32,000 nt of DNA from Candidatus Thorarchaeota archaeon (GCA_048882505.1 JBHLRO010000021.1:34995-66994); one strand, 5' to 3'; positions 19,280 through 29,027 are shown, numbered from the stretch's first letter. Notes: generated by a model from the letters alone, not told the origin. Translations and numbers: made by a program.

Positions 19280-20284
19280 ATGGATTCTCGCGAGCGTGTC
19301 ATGATAACTTTTGATCATGAGGAGCCAGATCGAGTTCCAATTCTGGAACCTTGGATCGAGACAGAAGTATGTACGTGGTTTGGAGGCGATGGTTACCATA
19401 TTAGAGCGGTACTTGACCACGATTGTTTTCCATTGTATCATCATCCCAAAGGAAAAACGCAAGCTTATGGTCACGGGATAGATGAATGGGGACGAATTTT
19501 TAAACATGGGCAGTATGAAGATGGATTAATTAAATCGGAATCGGATCTGGAACAATTCACCCCACCACTAACCCACGCAGAAGATTGGTTTCCTGAAGAC
19601 CATGTCAGAACAATTAAGAATCGGTTTCAGGAAAAATACCCCCTCTACTTTGCCTGGCACGATTGTTCACTAGGGATGGCATATCTATCAATGGGGATAG
19701 AGAGGTTCTTTCGTGGACTTTACACAACGCCTGAATTGGTGAAAGAAATCATCGAAAGGAATACAGAATGGACTATTGCATTGGTCGAACAGGCTAACGC
19801 TAACGATGTAGATTTCATAGTTTTGGGCGATGATGCGGCAGGCAAGGATCGACCCTTAATTTCCCCCAAGATGTTTCGAAAATTAATCCTGCCCGAGTAC
19901 AAAAAAATCATGCAGGCCTCTGATGTTCCAATAATCTGGCATAGTGATGGTTACGTGGTTGATCTCCTACCGATGATCATTGAAGCTGGTTTCGCAGGAG
20001 TTCATTCTCTGGAACCGCAAGCTCTGGTCGATCTAAAGGTCGTCAAACAACGGTTTGGCGACAAGTTAGTCTTATGTGGAAATGTGGACACAACCGGTGT
20101 TCTTTGTGGAAGTGACCCCAGTCATATTCATAGAGAGGTTGAGAGATGTATCCGAGACGGCGCGCCAGGTGGGGGCTATTTATTCTCCTCAAGTAATAGT
20201 CTGTTTGAAGGCCATGACTATGATGCGATCATTGAGACCTATAAGCACGCGAGAGCCGTGGGATTATATCCCATTAGTTTATAG
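19280..20284 (+). CDS. Uroporphyrinogen decarboxylase-like / MtaA-CmuA methyltransferase family protein
   Basis: MDSRERV...EPDRVP, LGDDAA...LISPKMFRKLILP, WHSDG, LCGNVD, GGGYLFSSSNS. Confidence 0.88.
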   Translation: MDSRERVMITFDHEEPDRVPILEPWIETEVCTWFGGDGYHIRAVLDHDCFPLYHHPKGKTQAYGHGIDEWGRIFKHGQYEDGLIKSESDLEQFTPPLTHAEDWFPEDHVRTIKNRFQEKYPLYFAWHDCSLGMAYLSMGIERFFRGLYTTPELVKEIIERNTEWTIALVEQANANDVDFIVLGDDAAGKDRPLISPKMFRKLILPEYKKIMQASDVPIIWHSDGYVVDLLPMIIEAGFAGVHSLEPQALVDLKVVKQRFGDKLVLCGNVDTTGVLCGSDPSHIHREVERCIRDGAPGGGYLFSSSNSLFEGHDYDAIIETYKHARAVGLYPISL

Positions 20285-20311
20285 CCCAAAAGTAACAGGA
20301 AATACTAAAAA

Positions 20312-21187
20312 ATGACCCTACTATTTGGTATACGTCCTTTTGAGTTTGAAGATTTTCTTAAGATGGTTGTTGACGGACGTTTGGATCTGTCCCAAGCCAA
20401 TTACCTTGATGTTCTTCAAACAACTCTCGGGAACGAGTTTAAACACTTTGAGATTACAGCCGATCTTGCTTACGTCCTACCAGGATTATTGACCCCGGAT
20501 GTGGTTACGGGTTTACGGACCTACAAGGATAAGCATAATTATACTTGTTCTGTCCATCTTCCGCTTTGGTCAGTCGAACTTGCATCTCCAATTCCACATA
20601 TTCAACAAGCATCTATTGACTGCATGATTGAGTCAATTGAACTAACTAATCCATTGAATCCTACATGTTGGGTAATACATGCCACAGGTGGGATCGTATC
20701 AGAATTTACTGGCTTTGATCTTCCTGATTTCGCAAAAGAGCTAATGAATAACACATTTGCAGATCGTGCATCCAAAAGCTTGGCTCAGATCCTTGAGAAA
20801 ACCAGAATAGATTCAAGAAGACTGGCCGTCGAAAATATCGAATTTCCATTCCGAGTCATGGATAACCTAATAGAGGAATTAGATCTGGGAATCTGTTTTG
20901 ATACTGGACACTTATTGGCAGGATTCTCTGGTCAATGGGGAGACAATGGAATAATAGATTTTTTTGAGACTTACAAAGACAGAATTGTGGAATTACATCT
21001 CCATGATGGCGCATCCTCACCACGAGTTGATCATAAACCCCTTGGAAGTGGGGATCTCCCTGTAAGGGGTTTAATGACCGGTCTTTCTGATACAGAATTT
21101 ACTGGTCCAATAGTATTAGAGCTGAGTACAGAGGACGTGACAAAATCAATGGATTTTCTGCGAAAACACACCCCTGATGTGATCTAA
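20312..21187 (+). CDS. Xylose-isomerase/AP-endonuclease-2-like TIM-barrel metalloprotein (possibly CbiR-like)
   Basis: SVHLP, VIHATG, LAVENIEFPF, ICFDTGH, ELHLHDG, DHKPLGSG, PIVLE. Confidence 0.8.
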   Translation: MTLLFGIRPFEFEDFLKMVVDGRLDLSQANYLDVLQTTLGNEFKHFEITADLAYVLPGLLTPDVVTGLRTYKDKHNYTCSVHLPLWSVELASPIPHIQQASIDCMIESIELTNPLNPTCWVIHATGGIVSEFTGFDLPDFAKELMNNTFADRASKSLAQILEKTRIDSRRLAVENIEFPFRVMDNLIEELDLGICFDTGHLLAGFSGQWGDNGIIDFFETYKDRIVELHLHDGASSPRVDHKPLGSGDLPVRGLMTGLSDTEFTGPIVLELSTEDVTKSMDFLRKHTPDVI

Positions 21188-21267
21188 GGGAGTTCGCGAG
21201 GATTCTACCTCGATTCTTAGGTACCTCAAGGATTGAAAAACCTAGAAATTGAATAGATTTCCTTTTA

Positions 21268-22605
21268 TCACGCTGTTAAGGGATCTTTGGGCTCGGCGTG
21301 TGATTGAACAGATTTAGAGCTTCGTATCCAACCGAATAAGAGTAAGAGCAGGATTGTGACGTTTAACACGAAAGAGACAAGTAATAATGGTTCACCCCCT
21401 TGAGTTTGGTATATAAAACCGATAATAGGACTAGATATAAATCCTACAAAAGAAATAACCATGGCAAGCATCGCCATAACTTTTCCAGTATGTTCACGTG
21501 GGAGTTGTCGACCAACAGCCCCCCATGCGACCGTTCGCCAAACTACGTCATTCCCAGACTTGATTACAACAGCTATAAAGGCGGTACTGGATATTACTTG
21601 CCAAACCTCTTCCCCTGGTAAAAGAGTTATCCATTGGGAAAATATGGGGGAATAGTATAACAAAAGTACGGAAAAAGGGAGGAGAAAATACACCTGGAAC
21701 ATGATCTTTGCCTCATTCTCGGTACGGTCAAGAAGTCGCCCTGCAACCAATCCACCAATGACACCAATACAAGAAGCCCCTATCATGGTATAATTTATTG
21801 CAGTATAGCTCATCTGAACAGTTTCGTTTAGATAAAAGTTCTGGGCAAATTGGAAACTCGTATCACTGATTACATCAATGAAAAAAACCAAAGCGAACAG
21901 TGGAATAGTCACCAAAAATACATTAAGACCAGTTCGATATTGGCCGAACATTTCGCGTAAAGGATTGCGTGCCGGTGGAGACTCAAAGTGATTGGTACTT
22001 ACTTTTAGAAATTTAAACCGAATGAGGAAATCCACAAAGCTCGAGATCGATGTTAGAAGGAAAAAGAGCCTAAGTCCCTCAACGAAATCCCCCTGGATTA
22101 GAACACCAACTGAAACCAAGCCTAGGATTGAAAATATTCCACCCACTGTAAATAAACTGGTACCAATACCCATCTGTTTAGGAGGGATCGATTCAAACAA
22201 TATAGGGTCAATGGCAGCTTGACAAAATTGGCCAAGTCCAAAAATAGTCCATACGATGAGTAACCCGTAGATATCATTAACTAATGTGAGGAGGAGAGCA
22301 GCTATTCCAATGAAAAACTTGTTGAATGTCGCCATTAATCGTCGTGCCGCTCCACCGTGTCTATCAGCCCAAAAACCTCCAAACAATGTTGCAAACATCG
22401 CAATGAGAAAGAAAAACGCATTTGCGATCCCTAATTCAAAATAGGAAATACCAATATCCCGAAAAAATAGATTAAAATAAATCCACGCAGCGAAGAAAAA
22501 ACTACCCGTATAATTTGTAAGTAGAATGACAACGAAGTTTCGAGATCTAAATACGATTTTCAAACTCTCAAGTAAACCTATGTTTTCTTGTTTTAGCTCG
22601 GTCAT
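21268..22605 (-). CDS. Major facilitator superfamily transporter
   Basis: About 12 TM segments, GGFWADRHG and AGRLLDRT loop motifs. Confidence 0.88.
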   Translation of the reverse strand: MTELKQENIGLLESLKIVFRSRNFVVILLTNYTGSFFFAAWIYFNLFFRDIGISYFELGIANAFFFLIAMFATLFGGFWADRHGGAARRLMATFNKFFIGIAALLLTLVNDIYGLLIVWTIFGLGQFCQAAIDPILFESIPPKQMGIGTSLFTVGGIFSILGLVSVGVLIQGDFVEGLRLFFLLTSISSFVDFLIRFKFLKVSTNHFESPPARNPLREMFGQYRTGLNVFLVTIPLFALVFFIDVISDTSFQFAQNFYLNETVQMSYTAINYTMIGASCIGVIGGLVAGRLLDRTENEAKIMFQVYFLLPFSVLLLYYSPIFSQWITLLPGEEVWQVISSTAFIAVVIKSGNDVVWRTVAWGAVGRQLPREHTGKVMAMLAMVISFVGFISSPIIGFIYQTQGGEPLLLVSFVLNVTILLLLLFGWIRSSKSVQSHAEPKDPLTA

Positions 22606-22857
22606 TAAGGATCAGCATACAACAGAGTCTTTGTCGTTACAATAAGGTTTCAGGGTCCGGAACGTTTAGGGTTTAATTCTTACAAATAAAAGGAAGATTT
22701 TTATGGTAAATTCCCTGGAATCGGGATTCCCATGACACCATGAGTTTCTCCACTGAAAAAGTGATCTTTGTTTACTCCAAAATATTCCCTTATCAGAACC
22801 TATAAAATATAGCACGAAAGTCCAATTTCATTCAAAAATGGTAGGAGTATTTGCGAT

Positions 22858-22983
22858 TTGATCAAAACTGGACTGAGTGTAGCTCAGGAACTGCGGATAG
22901 TAGACCTGATTTTTATACTATTAATTTTTTTCTTTGTCATTCTTTTGATTCGCATTGGCATTCGGCTTATTTTTCATAAATAA
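22858..22983 (+). CDS. Putative small single-TM protein (41 aa, below track cutoff)
   Basis: TTG start with GGAG about 11 nt upstream. MIKTGLSVAQELRIVDLIFILLIFFFVILLIRIGIRLIFHK has an uninterrupted hydrophobic helix and a basic tail. Confidence 0.4.
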   Translation: MIKTGLSVAQELRIVDLIFILLIFFFVILLIRIGIRLIFHK

Positions 22984-23080
22984 GGGAAATAGCGAGGTTG
23001 GCGCGATATTTATCTTCCTTGTCAGCTTTCTTATTTTTGACCGAAATTCCCCAGGAACTTTGATTTTTTGCGTATAACAC
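22967..23080 (-). CDS. Putative small basic protein (37 aa)
   Basis: GTG start 4 nt after a very strong SD AAGGAGGAGGT (23085-23095). MLYAKNQSSWGISVKNKKADKEDKYRANLAISLIYEK. Confidence 0.3.
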   Translation of the reverse strand: MLYAKNQSSWGISVKNKKADKEDKYRANLAISLIYEK

Positions 23081-23126
23081 CAGTACCTCCTCCTTAGGCG
23101 CTATAAATAAACAAGATGAACACATT

Positions 23127-24659
23127 TTGTCGAAAGAATCGCTAGTACCGTCCTTGACTCAACGAATACAGAAGACAAGGGATAACACGGAATATAAAAG
23201 CCGGCTGGCAGGCTTGGGAGTATTTGTGAATATCATCTGGATCTTGAGTGTTTTTATCCGGCCCGTTATCGATCCAACGATGCTATTGATACTAGGGGGA
23301 ATTGCTATTGTAATCACAGTAGGAACCCGACTACAATCAAGAAACCTAAAATCTAAAGTGGCAGGTGACGTAAGCGGAGGAAATATTGTCGGTTATGTGG
23401 TTTCCTGGTTTTTTGTGTATGAAGGGTATCCACTCAAGCCATTAGAATTTGTGATAAGTCCTGGTATTTCATTTACGGTCAATCAGATTTTAATTTATTT
23501 CCTCGTCATAATATTCTTCGCTTGGTTTGCAATACCTGCTTCAAAGGATTATAGTGAAGTAATCTTTGAATTATCTCCGCTAATTTCCTATTTCATCCTT
23601 AATTTTTGGAAATTAGCGGTGGTACTTGAAATATTATCCCTTTTAGACCTATTAAGAGCATTTCATCCTTATGCCAACCTTATTTTCTTATCTACTGGGT
23701 TTATTGAACTTGTTTTGCAGTACTTCCGCGTTTTCAAACTACCAATTGCCGATATTATCCTAGATCCAACTCAATTGCTCTTTAAAACCGTCGAAGGGCC
23801 ACTACAAGCGTTGAAATGGACATTCTTGGTAATTTTGTTTTTAATCATGGATATTTTAAGTTTGGATTTATTTTCCGCAGGATTGATTGCATTTTCGGTC
23901 ACCATGGGAACTATATCCTTGCTTACGGCATTATCTAAGATCGCCTTAGACAGCGGACTAATCAGATCAAGAACCGACCAGATTGTGGGAAAGAGTAAAG
24001 TGACGATCCCCAAAATGTTCGAGGAATTAAAGCAGCTTAATGCAAGTGATTTACAGGAATTCTATCGTGTTCAAAAACGTATTAATATCAAAAAGAAAAA
24101 CGGTCTTGTCAGCTATGATCCTGGAGACATTTTACTTAAGCTGCCTTTCTCAAATAGCATAGAGGCAGAGACAGGGGTTTTTCTTGCAAGACTTAAAATT
24201 AAAGTTCGCGGAAGTAAAAGAAAATCCAGCAAAAGGAGAAAATCTGTGACGGTGTCCAGCGATAAACCTCATAGAGGAATTAGTTTTTCATCTCTACATA
24301 GAATTCCACTTGAGGATTGGGAACACCTCTCAAAACAAAAGCAAGTGGAACCAGTTGAACTTGAAATCATCACCAAAGAAATGGGTTTTGAAACACCTGA
24401 GGAATTTGAAAAGATGGTTGAGAAAGGGATCCGAGGAGCCGTCTCATTTCAGGAGAATATTCGTGACAGAATTCGTGGAGTCCCAGTAACGGGAAATAGT
24501 ACAAAAGCTGCGTTAGTAAAATTGAAAGATAAGCATATCGAACTTCCTGATGCTTTTCTAGCCCAAATTAATTTACCAAACGATCAAGAACTCGAGATTA
24601 TCCCAGGGAAGGAAGAGTTCCTTTTCTATGCAAGAATAAAGAAGAAGAAGGATAAATGA
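23127..24659 (+). CDS. Hypothetical multi-TM membrane protein with soluble C-terminal half ending in an AbrB/SpoVT-like segment
   Basis: About 8 hydrophobic segments in aa 27-275, Lys/Arg-rich KVRGSKRKSSKRRKS, terminal VKLKDKHIELPDAFLAQINLPNDQELEIIPGKEEFLFYAR. TATAAATA at 23102-23109. Confidence 0.7.
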   Translation: MSKESLVPSLTQRIQKTRDNTEYKSRLAGLGVFVNIIWILSVFIRPVIDPTMLLILGGIAIVITVGTRLQSRNLKSKVAGDVSGGNIVGYVVSWFFVYEGYPLKPLEFVISPGISFTVNQILIYFLVIIFFAWFAIPASKDYSEVIFELSPLISYFILNFWKLAVVLEILSLLDLLRAFHPYANLIFLSTGFIELVLQYFRVFKLPIADIILDPTQLLFKTVEGPLQALKWTFLVILFLIMDILSLDLFSAGLIAFSVTMGTISLLTALSKIALDSGLIRSRTDQIVGKSKVTIPKMFEELKQLNASDLQEFYRVQKRINIKKKNGLVSYDPGDILLKLPFSNSIEAETGVFLARLKIKVRGSKRKSSKRRKSVTVSSDKPHRGISFSSLHRIPLEDWEHLSKQKQVEPVELEIITKEMGFETPEEFEKMVEKGIRGAVSFQENIRDRIRGVPVTGNSTKAALVKLKDKHIELPDAFLAQINLPNDQELEIIPGKEEFLFYARIKKKKDK

Positions 24660-24997
24660 GCTATAAAACATCATAATTCAGGACGATTGCATTCAGTTCT
24701 CATTCAGTAGGTTATCTTTACTCCCCGTTTCACACGATTCATCTGAAGACTACGGAAGGGGTGGTTTGGGTCTTATTCTTACACTTCTAAGCTATCACTA
24801 TTTCCAATCAGAAAGGAAATCGTATCTAAGATGATTTCTTTTCCAATTATGCCACGGATTTGAGTTCACTTTACAATGAAATTACTCCAAAAACTTGTTT
24901 GATCAAAGATCTTTTAAGCAACAAACTCCGAGATTCGTAATTGCTTCTTCAATGTTTCTAATCCAAAGATGCGAATCAGTCTTTATGAGGTGATGAT

Positions 24998-26788
24998 GTG
25001 AAGAGGAGAATTTCAATTATTTTGTCAATAATTATGGTATTTTTAATGACTATAGGAAGTGCAACCTCGTTTCCAGCGGAGTTAACAGTTGTTAACCAAC
25101 CAGATTTCACTTATGTAAGCTCATCACTTACCAACGTCGAACAAGGAGTTTATGAGTTTAGTGTAACAGTGGAAAACATCGGGGACGACGCAACCACCAG
25201 TACAGTCCCGATCTCCTGGGAAAAGATGATGTATACTCTCCCCATGGTGAGTGGCAGTGGGACTCTTGACGAGAGTGCGGTGGATCTAGATATGGATCTG
25301 AATGGTGACGGAGACAAGGTGGATACCTTTAGTGTTACCTGGTTCCAGAATGCTACACGTAGTTCAGACGCGACAATAAACAATGGAACCCACGATATTC
25401 ATGTCTATTCACTTAACGAAGGCACCTTTGGTTTAGGGGTTAATCGGACGTATTACATCAAGGGGCGACCAAAACTGTTCCACCTTGGTAGTGAAACCCA
25501 TACTCTCTATACAGCAGGAGATACTAGCGCCATCTTCGGATTAGGGGACGCCAAAATCTTACAACACCCCAGTCCCAACTTTGAACTGGCCTTGTATGAC
25601 AAGATGGAAGTAACAGACTTGTCGATTAACGGAAATCCAGTTCGCGTACAGCACACCTGGACAGGAATCGATTCAGGGAGAAACCTCTCAACCTTCATTG
25701 TTCCCAGTGTTGCTTCAGGTATCGCTGCTGGAGAACAATCTACCTTTTCCTGCAAGTTGTACCCCGGCAAAACGAAGTCGTCTGAAATCCTATTGATCAT
25801 GAACTGGTCTCCTGACGGACAATCTACAAGACATATCTGGGTTCCCTATGATCAATATGATCCTGTAGAAGCGATAAACCGCCCGTACTTCCTCCCAATC
25901 GATTCTGCAATTACATCGGTTAGCACGGGGGTTTATCAGCTTGAGGCAACGACCAAAAATGTGGGGGCTCCAGCGACCACTGGAACTGTCCCGATTCATT
26001 GGGCTCCCCTTTATTATGGACTACAGCTCACCAATGGTGTAGGGACCTTAGAGGAAAATGATGCAGATTATGATCTCAATGGTGATGGGGACAAGGACGA
26101 TACCTTTGACGTTTCTTGGAACAATTCTATCAGACCTTGGGATGCCACCATAGATGGTAATTACGTATACGCCCTTTCAGACCTCTCACAAGAAGTCGGG
26201 AATATAAATCGATCATATTTCATTGGTGGAAACCCTAAGATCTTCACTTTAGGTACTGAATCACATATCCTCCAACGTGCGTGGAATGATATGGCTTGGT
26301 TTGCGCTCGGCGCATCGATTCAACAGCATCCTAGTCCAAACCTTGAACTTGCGTTTAACTTGAACACTAGTGTTACTGATTTTAAAATCAATGGAAATCC
26401 TGTTGATGTAAACCATGCATCAGTGGAGGAGGAAAGAAACCCTGACGGGACTATAAACAATCTGACGGCTTTTATAATACCAAACGTGGTATCCGAAATC
26501 AAAACTGGCGAAGAAGTAACCGTCTCCTGTACCCTCACCCCTCAAGAAAGTCAAATTAACCTTTGGTATTTCATTGTAAACTGGTCTCCTGATGGTATTA
26601 GAAGAATTATGTGGATATTAGTTGATGCAGAGGAGTTTACATTTGTTGCAGCCTCGCCCACCGCCACAACCACCACTACGACGACAACTACAACAACTAA
26701 CATAGGGACTCCAGGATTTTCGTTTATCGTGACAATTCTGATAATGATTCCACTGTTTTTCTACAAAGGCAGAAAGAAAACCCTCTAA
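24998..26788 (+). CDS. Secreted, C-terminally anchored surface glycoprotein with two ~260-aa repeats, Thr-rich linker and PGF-type sorting tail
   Basis: SD GAGGTGA at 24987-24993, signal peptide MKRRISIILSIIMVFL, T11 run, TPGF + TM helix + KGRKK, many N-x-S/T sequons. Confidence 0.85.
   Translation: MKRRISIILSIIMVFLMTIGSATSFPAELTVVNQPDFTYVSSSLTNVEQGVYEFSVTVENIGDDATTSTVPISWEKMMYTLPMVSGSGTLDESAVDLDMDLNGDGDKVDTFSVTWFQNATRSSDATINNGTHDIHVYSLNEGTFGLGVNRTYYIKGRPKLFHLGSETHTLYTAGDTSAIFGLGDAKILQHPSPNFELALYDKMEVTDLSINGNPVRVQHTWTGIDSGRNLSTFIVPSVASGIAAGEQSTFSCKLYPGKTKSSEILLIMNWSPDGQSTRHIWVPYDQYDPVEAINRPYFLPIDSAITSVSTGVYQLEATTKNVGAPATTGTVPIHWAPLYYGLQLTNGVGTLEENDADYDLNGDGDKDDTFDVSWNNSIRPWDATIDGNYVYALSDLSQEVGNINRSYFIGGNPKIFTLGTESHILQRAWNDMAWFALGASIQQHPSPNLELAFNLNTSVTDFKINGNPVDVNHASVEEERNPDGTINNLTAFIIPNVVSEIKTGEEVTVSCTLTPQESQINLWYFIVNWSPDGIRRIMWILVDAEEFTFVAASPTATTTTTTTTTTTNIGTPGFSFIVTILIMIPLFFYKGRKKTL
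25100..26630 (+). repeat. Diverged tandem intragenic duplication (unit 1 about 25100-25860, unit 2 about 25883-26630)
   Basis: Shared blocks: GVY...NxG..ATTxTVPIxW, DLNGDGDKxDTFxVxW, QHPSPNxELA, INGNPV, NWSPDG. Confidence 0.9.
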
Positions 26789-26798
26789 ATCCTGCCTC

Positions 26799-26817
26799 CT
26801 TCTTTCTTTCCTTTTTT
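26799..26817 (+). terminator. Pyrimidine/oligo-T tract between convergent genes (archaeal-type terminator candidate)
   Basis: cttctttctttccttttt ending in T6, 10 nt after the stop at 26788. Confidence 0.4.
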
Positions 26818-26825
26818 GGCTCTAT

Positions 26826-27884
26826 TTATCGTTCTAAGGTATAGGCCCGCGAAATACCTGCAATTTTCCTTTCCTTTTCTCGAAAATCGTACCCTGATTC
26901 ATAGATGGATCGCAAATTCGTCATGAAATAACTCCACCCCAAGTGACAACTCATATTATGCGTGACGTGACCATATTCGTTATCGGCCATATTCTCTTGG
27001 AAAACCTCTATCCTTTGCTTATCATTATAATCGTGAAGGACGACAGTAACAATTACATCCTCGTCTAAATTTGGTTCTTTTTTCCCAAAAGTGAATTTAA
27101 ACAGATTGGGCTCGTTCACTTCCAACACCTTTCCGACGATTGACAATCCTGAATAAAAAGTCCAAGTGTAACGGTCACCGCCTTGAACAATTTCTTCTGA
27201 GGCTCTAATCCGCCCCTTATCATCTTTATACTCCGCTGAAGCGAGAAACCATTCCGTTATTCCCTTGGGGGTTGCCCATTTTCTAAATAGCTCTTCCCTT
27301 GGGGCGTTAATATATTCATTCTGACGGAATTGAGTCCATTGAAATTCATCCAAAGTTCTACCGCTTGGCGCATCCACATGCATCCGTTTTTCGTCAATGA
27401 CACGTAAATCGTGCCCTGTTTCAATTATCGATTTCAGATTATTCACATGAAACACCCATCCCATGTTGCAGCTAATGTAATAGTTAACTTTGCCAAACTG
27501 GCTCTCCGACATATTCTCTTGCAGTATATCAAACCAGTTATTGTTATTTTCCTCATGAAAGGTTACAGTTACGACAACGTGTTCTCCGGAACCAGGATCG
27601 TTCTCACCGAACGTGAACTTGAACAAGACGTTCTCTTGGACCTCAATTACTTTTCCCGTCACTTCTCTTCCCGTATGAAACTTCCATAAATATTCGTCTC
27701 CAGGGTTCACGAGGTCATCTGGGCCTCTCAATCCTCCATTTTCATCCCTATATTTTGCAGAGGCGATAAACCACTCCGTTATTCCCCTGGGAGTGGCCCA
27801 TTTTTCAAATAACTCCTTCAATGTCGTGTTTTTTATGTAAATTCGTCGTTTGAAATAAGTCCAATCAAATTTACTGTTAGACAC
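26826..27884 (-). CDS. Tandem SRPBCC/AHSA1 (START-like) two-domain protein
   Basis: Two copies: FDWTYFKRRIYI..ELFEKWATPRGITEWF...CNMGWVFHVNNLKSIIETGHDLR and FQWTQFRQNEYI..ELFRKWATPKGITEWF...CHLGWSYFMTNLRSIYESGYDFR. SD AGGTGA precedes the GTG. Confidence 0.88.
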   Translation of the reverse strand: MSNSKFDWTYFKRRIYIKNTTLKELFEKWATPRGITEWFIASAKYRDENGGLRGPDDLVNPGDEYLWKFHTGREVTGKVIEVQENVLFKFTFGENDPGSGEHVVVTVTFHEENNNNWFDILQENMSESQFGKVNYYISCNMGWVFHVNNLKSIIETGHDLRVIDEKRMHVDAPSGRTLDEFQWTQFRQNEYINAPREELFRKWATPKGITEWFLASAEYKDDKGRIRASEEIVQGGDRYTWTFYSGLSIVGKVLEVNEPNLFKFTFGKKEPNLDEDVIVTVVLHDYNDKQRIEVFQENMADNEYGHVTHNMSCHLGWSYFMTNLRSIYESGYDFREKERKIAGISRAYTLER

Positions 27885-28236
27885 ATCATCACCTTATCTC
27901 TAAACCCAGGATGTTATTGGAATTCTATTATCTATCGATACGAATCAACCCACCTGAGGATTTCCTACAAATGCCAGAGGGATAATACTGGTTTAAGTCA
28001 AAGAGAATCTCTTGGATTACCAATAGTAACAAGCAGTTTGACAATTCTAATCTTGGTAATACTCTATTCATTATTTTCGAGTTTGGCTTGTCACCTGAGA
28101 GGAAAAGAAACTTGAAAAAGAATTCGGGACCGATTATCTTGAACATAAACAGTAAGACAAGCGACGGTTTTGAACGAATCGGAGGCCCAGTTGTTCTTCA
28201 TCATGCAATTATCTGTTTTCTATGATTGTTAGAACA

Positions 28237-28737
28237 TTATGGCTCCCGTAGCCTTCTATCCGTGTCTCGGATCAATCCCATCTCAACTAGATCATCTAGA
28301 TACTGGTTGATTATATCCTCGTCATTTGATACAAATGATGCCCGGCCTATCAAGCGTAAATAGGCAAATGTATCGGGAAGCCAGTTGGAATAAATGATCT
28401 TATCTTCTTTGAATTTTAGAACAACGAACGCCCTGAGCTCAAACGGACCAAGAACAACCTCACTCCAAGTTGTCCCTTTTAGGAATCCCCACCCACATAC
28501 CGTGCTGGCCTCGCAAATCATTTCCTCAATGGTAAATGTGACATCGTTAGAAGCCCCGAAATTGGACTGAAGAACAGATAAAATTGCATCAATTCCACGA
28601 ACCTGCTGGAATCCGCCTCCCGGAGTAATTATATGGTGTGTGGCATCCTGATGATAAAATTGCTTCACACGTTCGAATTTTTGCTCATTCAACGATTTTG
28701 CCAAGTCTCTGACTAGACCTTTGTAGTGAGGGGTCAT
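28237..28737 (-). CDS. SnoaL/NTF2-like fold protein (ester cyclase-like)
   Basis: Helix-YHQDA...VRGIDAIL...F..SNDVTFTIEEMICE..TV...FVVLKFKEDKII pattern. Likely start is ATG 28737. Confidence 0.75.
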   Translation of the reverse strand: MTPHYKGLVRDLAKSLNEQKFERVKQFYHQDATHHIITPGGGFQQVRGIDAILSVLQSNFGASNDVTFTIEEMICEASTVCGWGFLKGTTWSEVVLGPFELRAFVVLKFKEDKIIYSNWLPDTFAYLRLIGRASFVSNDEDIINQYLDDLVEMGLIRDTDRRLREP

Positions 28738-29027
28738 TTTAGGTTCAATCCAGAAAATCAACTGATCGAAGTGTTTTATACGTTTGGTTACGCATCCGCT
28801 CCTAATTATCTAAACGGTACTGATGTTCCCGTGCGATCTAAATCGGTAGCTTGGACTACCCTATTTCTCTTGAACACAATCTGCGAGAATATACTTGGTA
28901 TCCATATAGGTTACGTTATGAACTTGAAAAACGGTTACTTTGTACTAATTGACCAATGCACATGAAAATAAAAGTTGTTTGCAATTCATAGTGATTTCAA
29001 AGATAAAAATCCCGCCCTTTCTCCCGA

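Noticed and set aside
24988-25000. Identical 13-mer AGGTGATGATGTG before both the 24998 and 27884 start codons
   Set aside because: Explained by the archaeal SD plus spacer plus GTG start. Too short to imply a shared element.
27911-28225. ORF 27928-28146 (-) and the antisense frame interrupted by one TAA
   Set aside because: No recognisable motifs, no SD, and no protein-like composition I can support.
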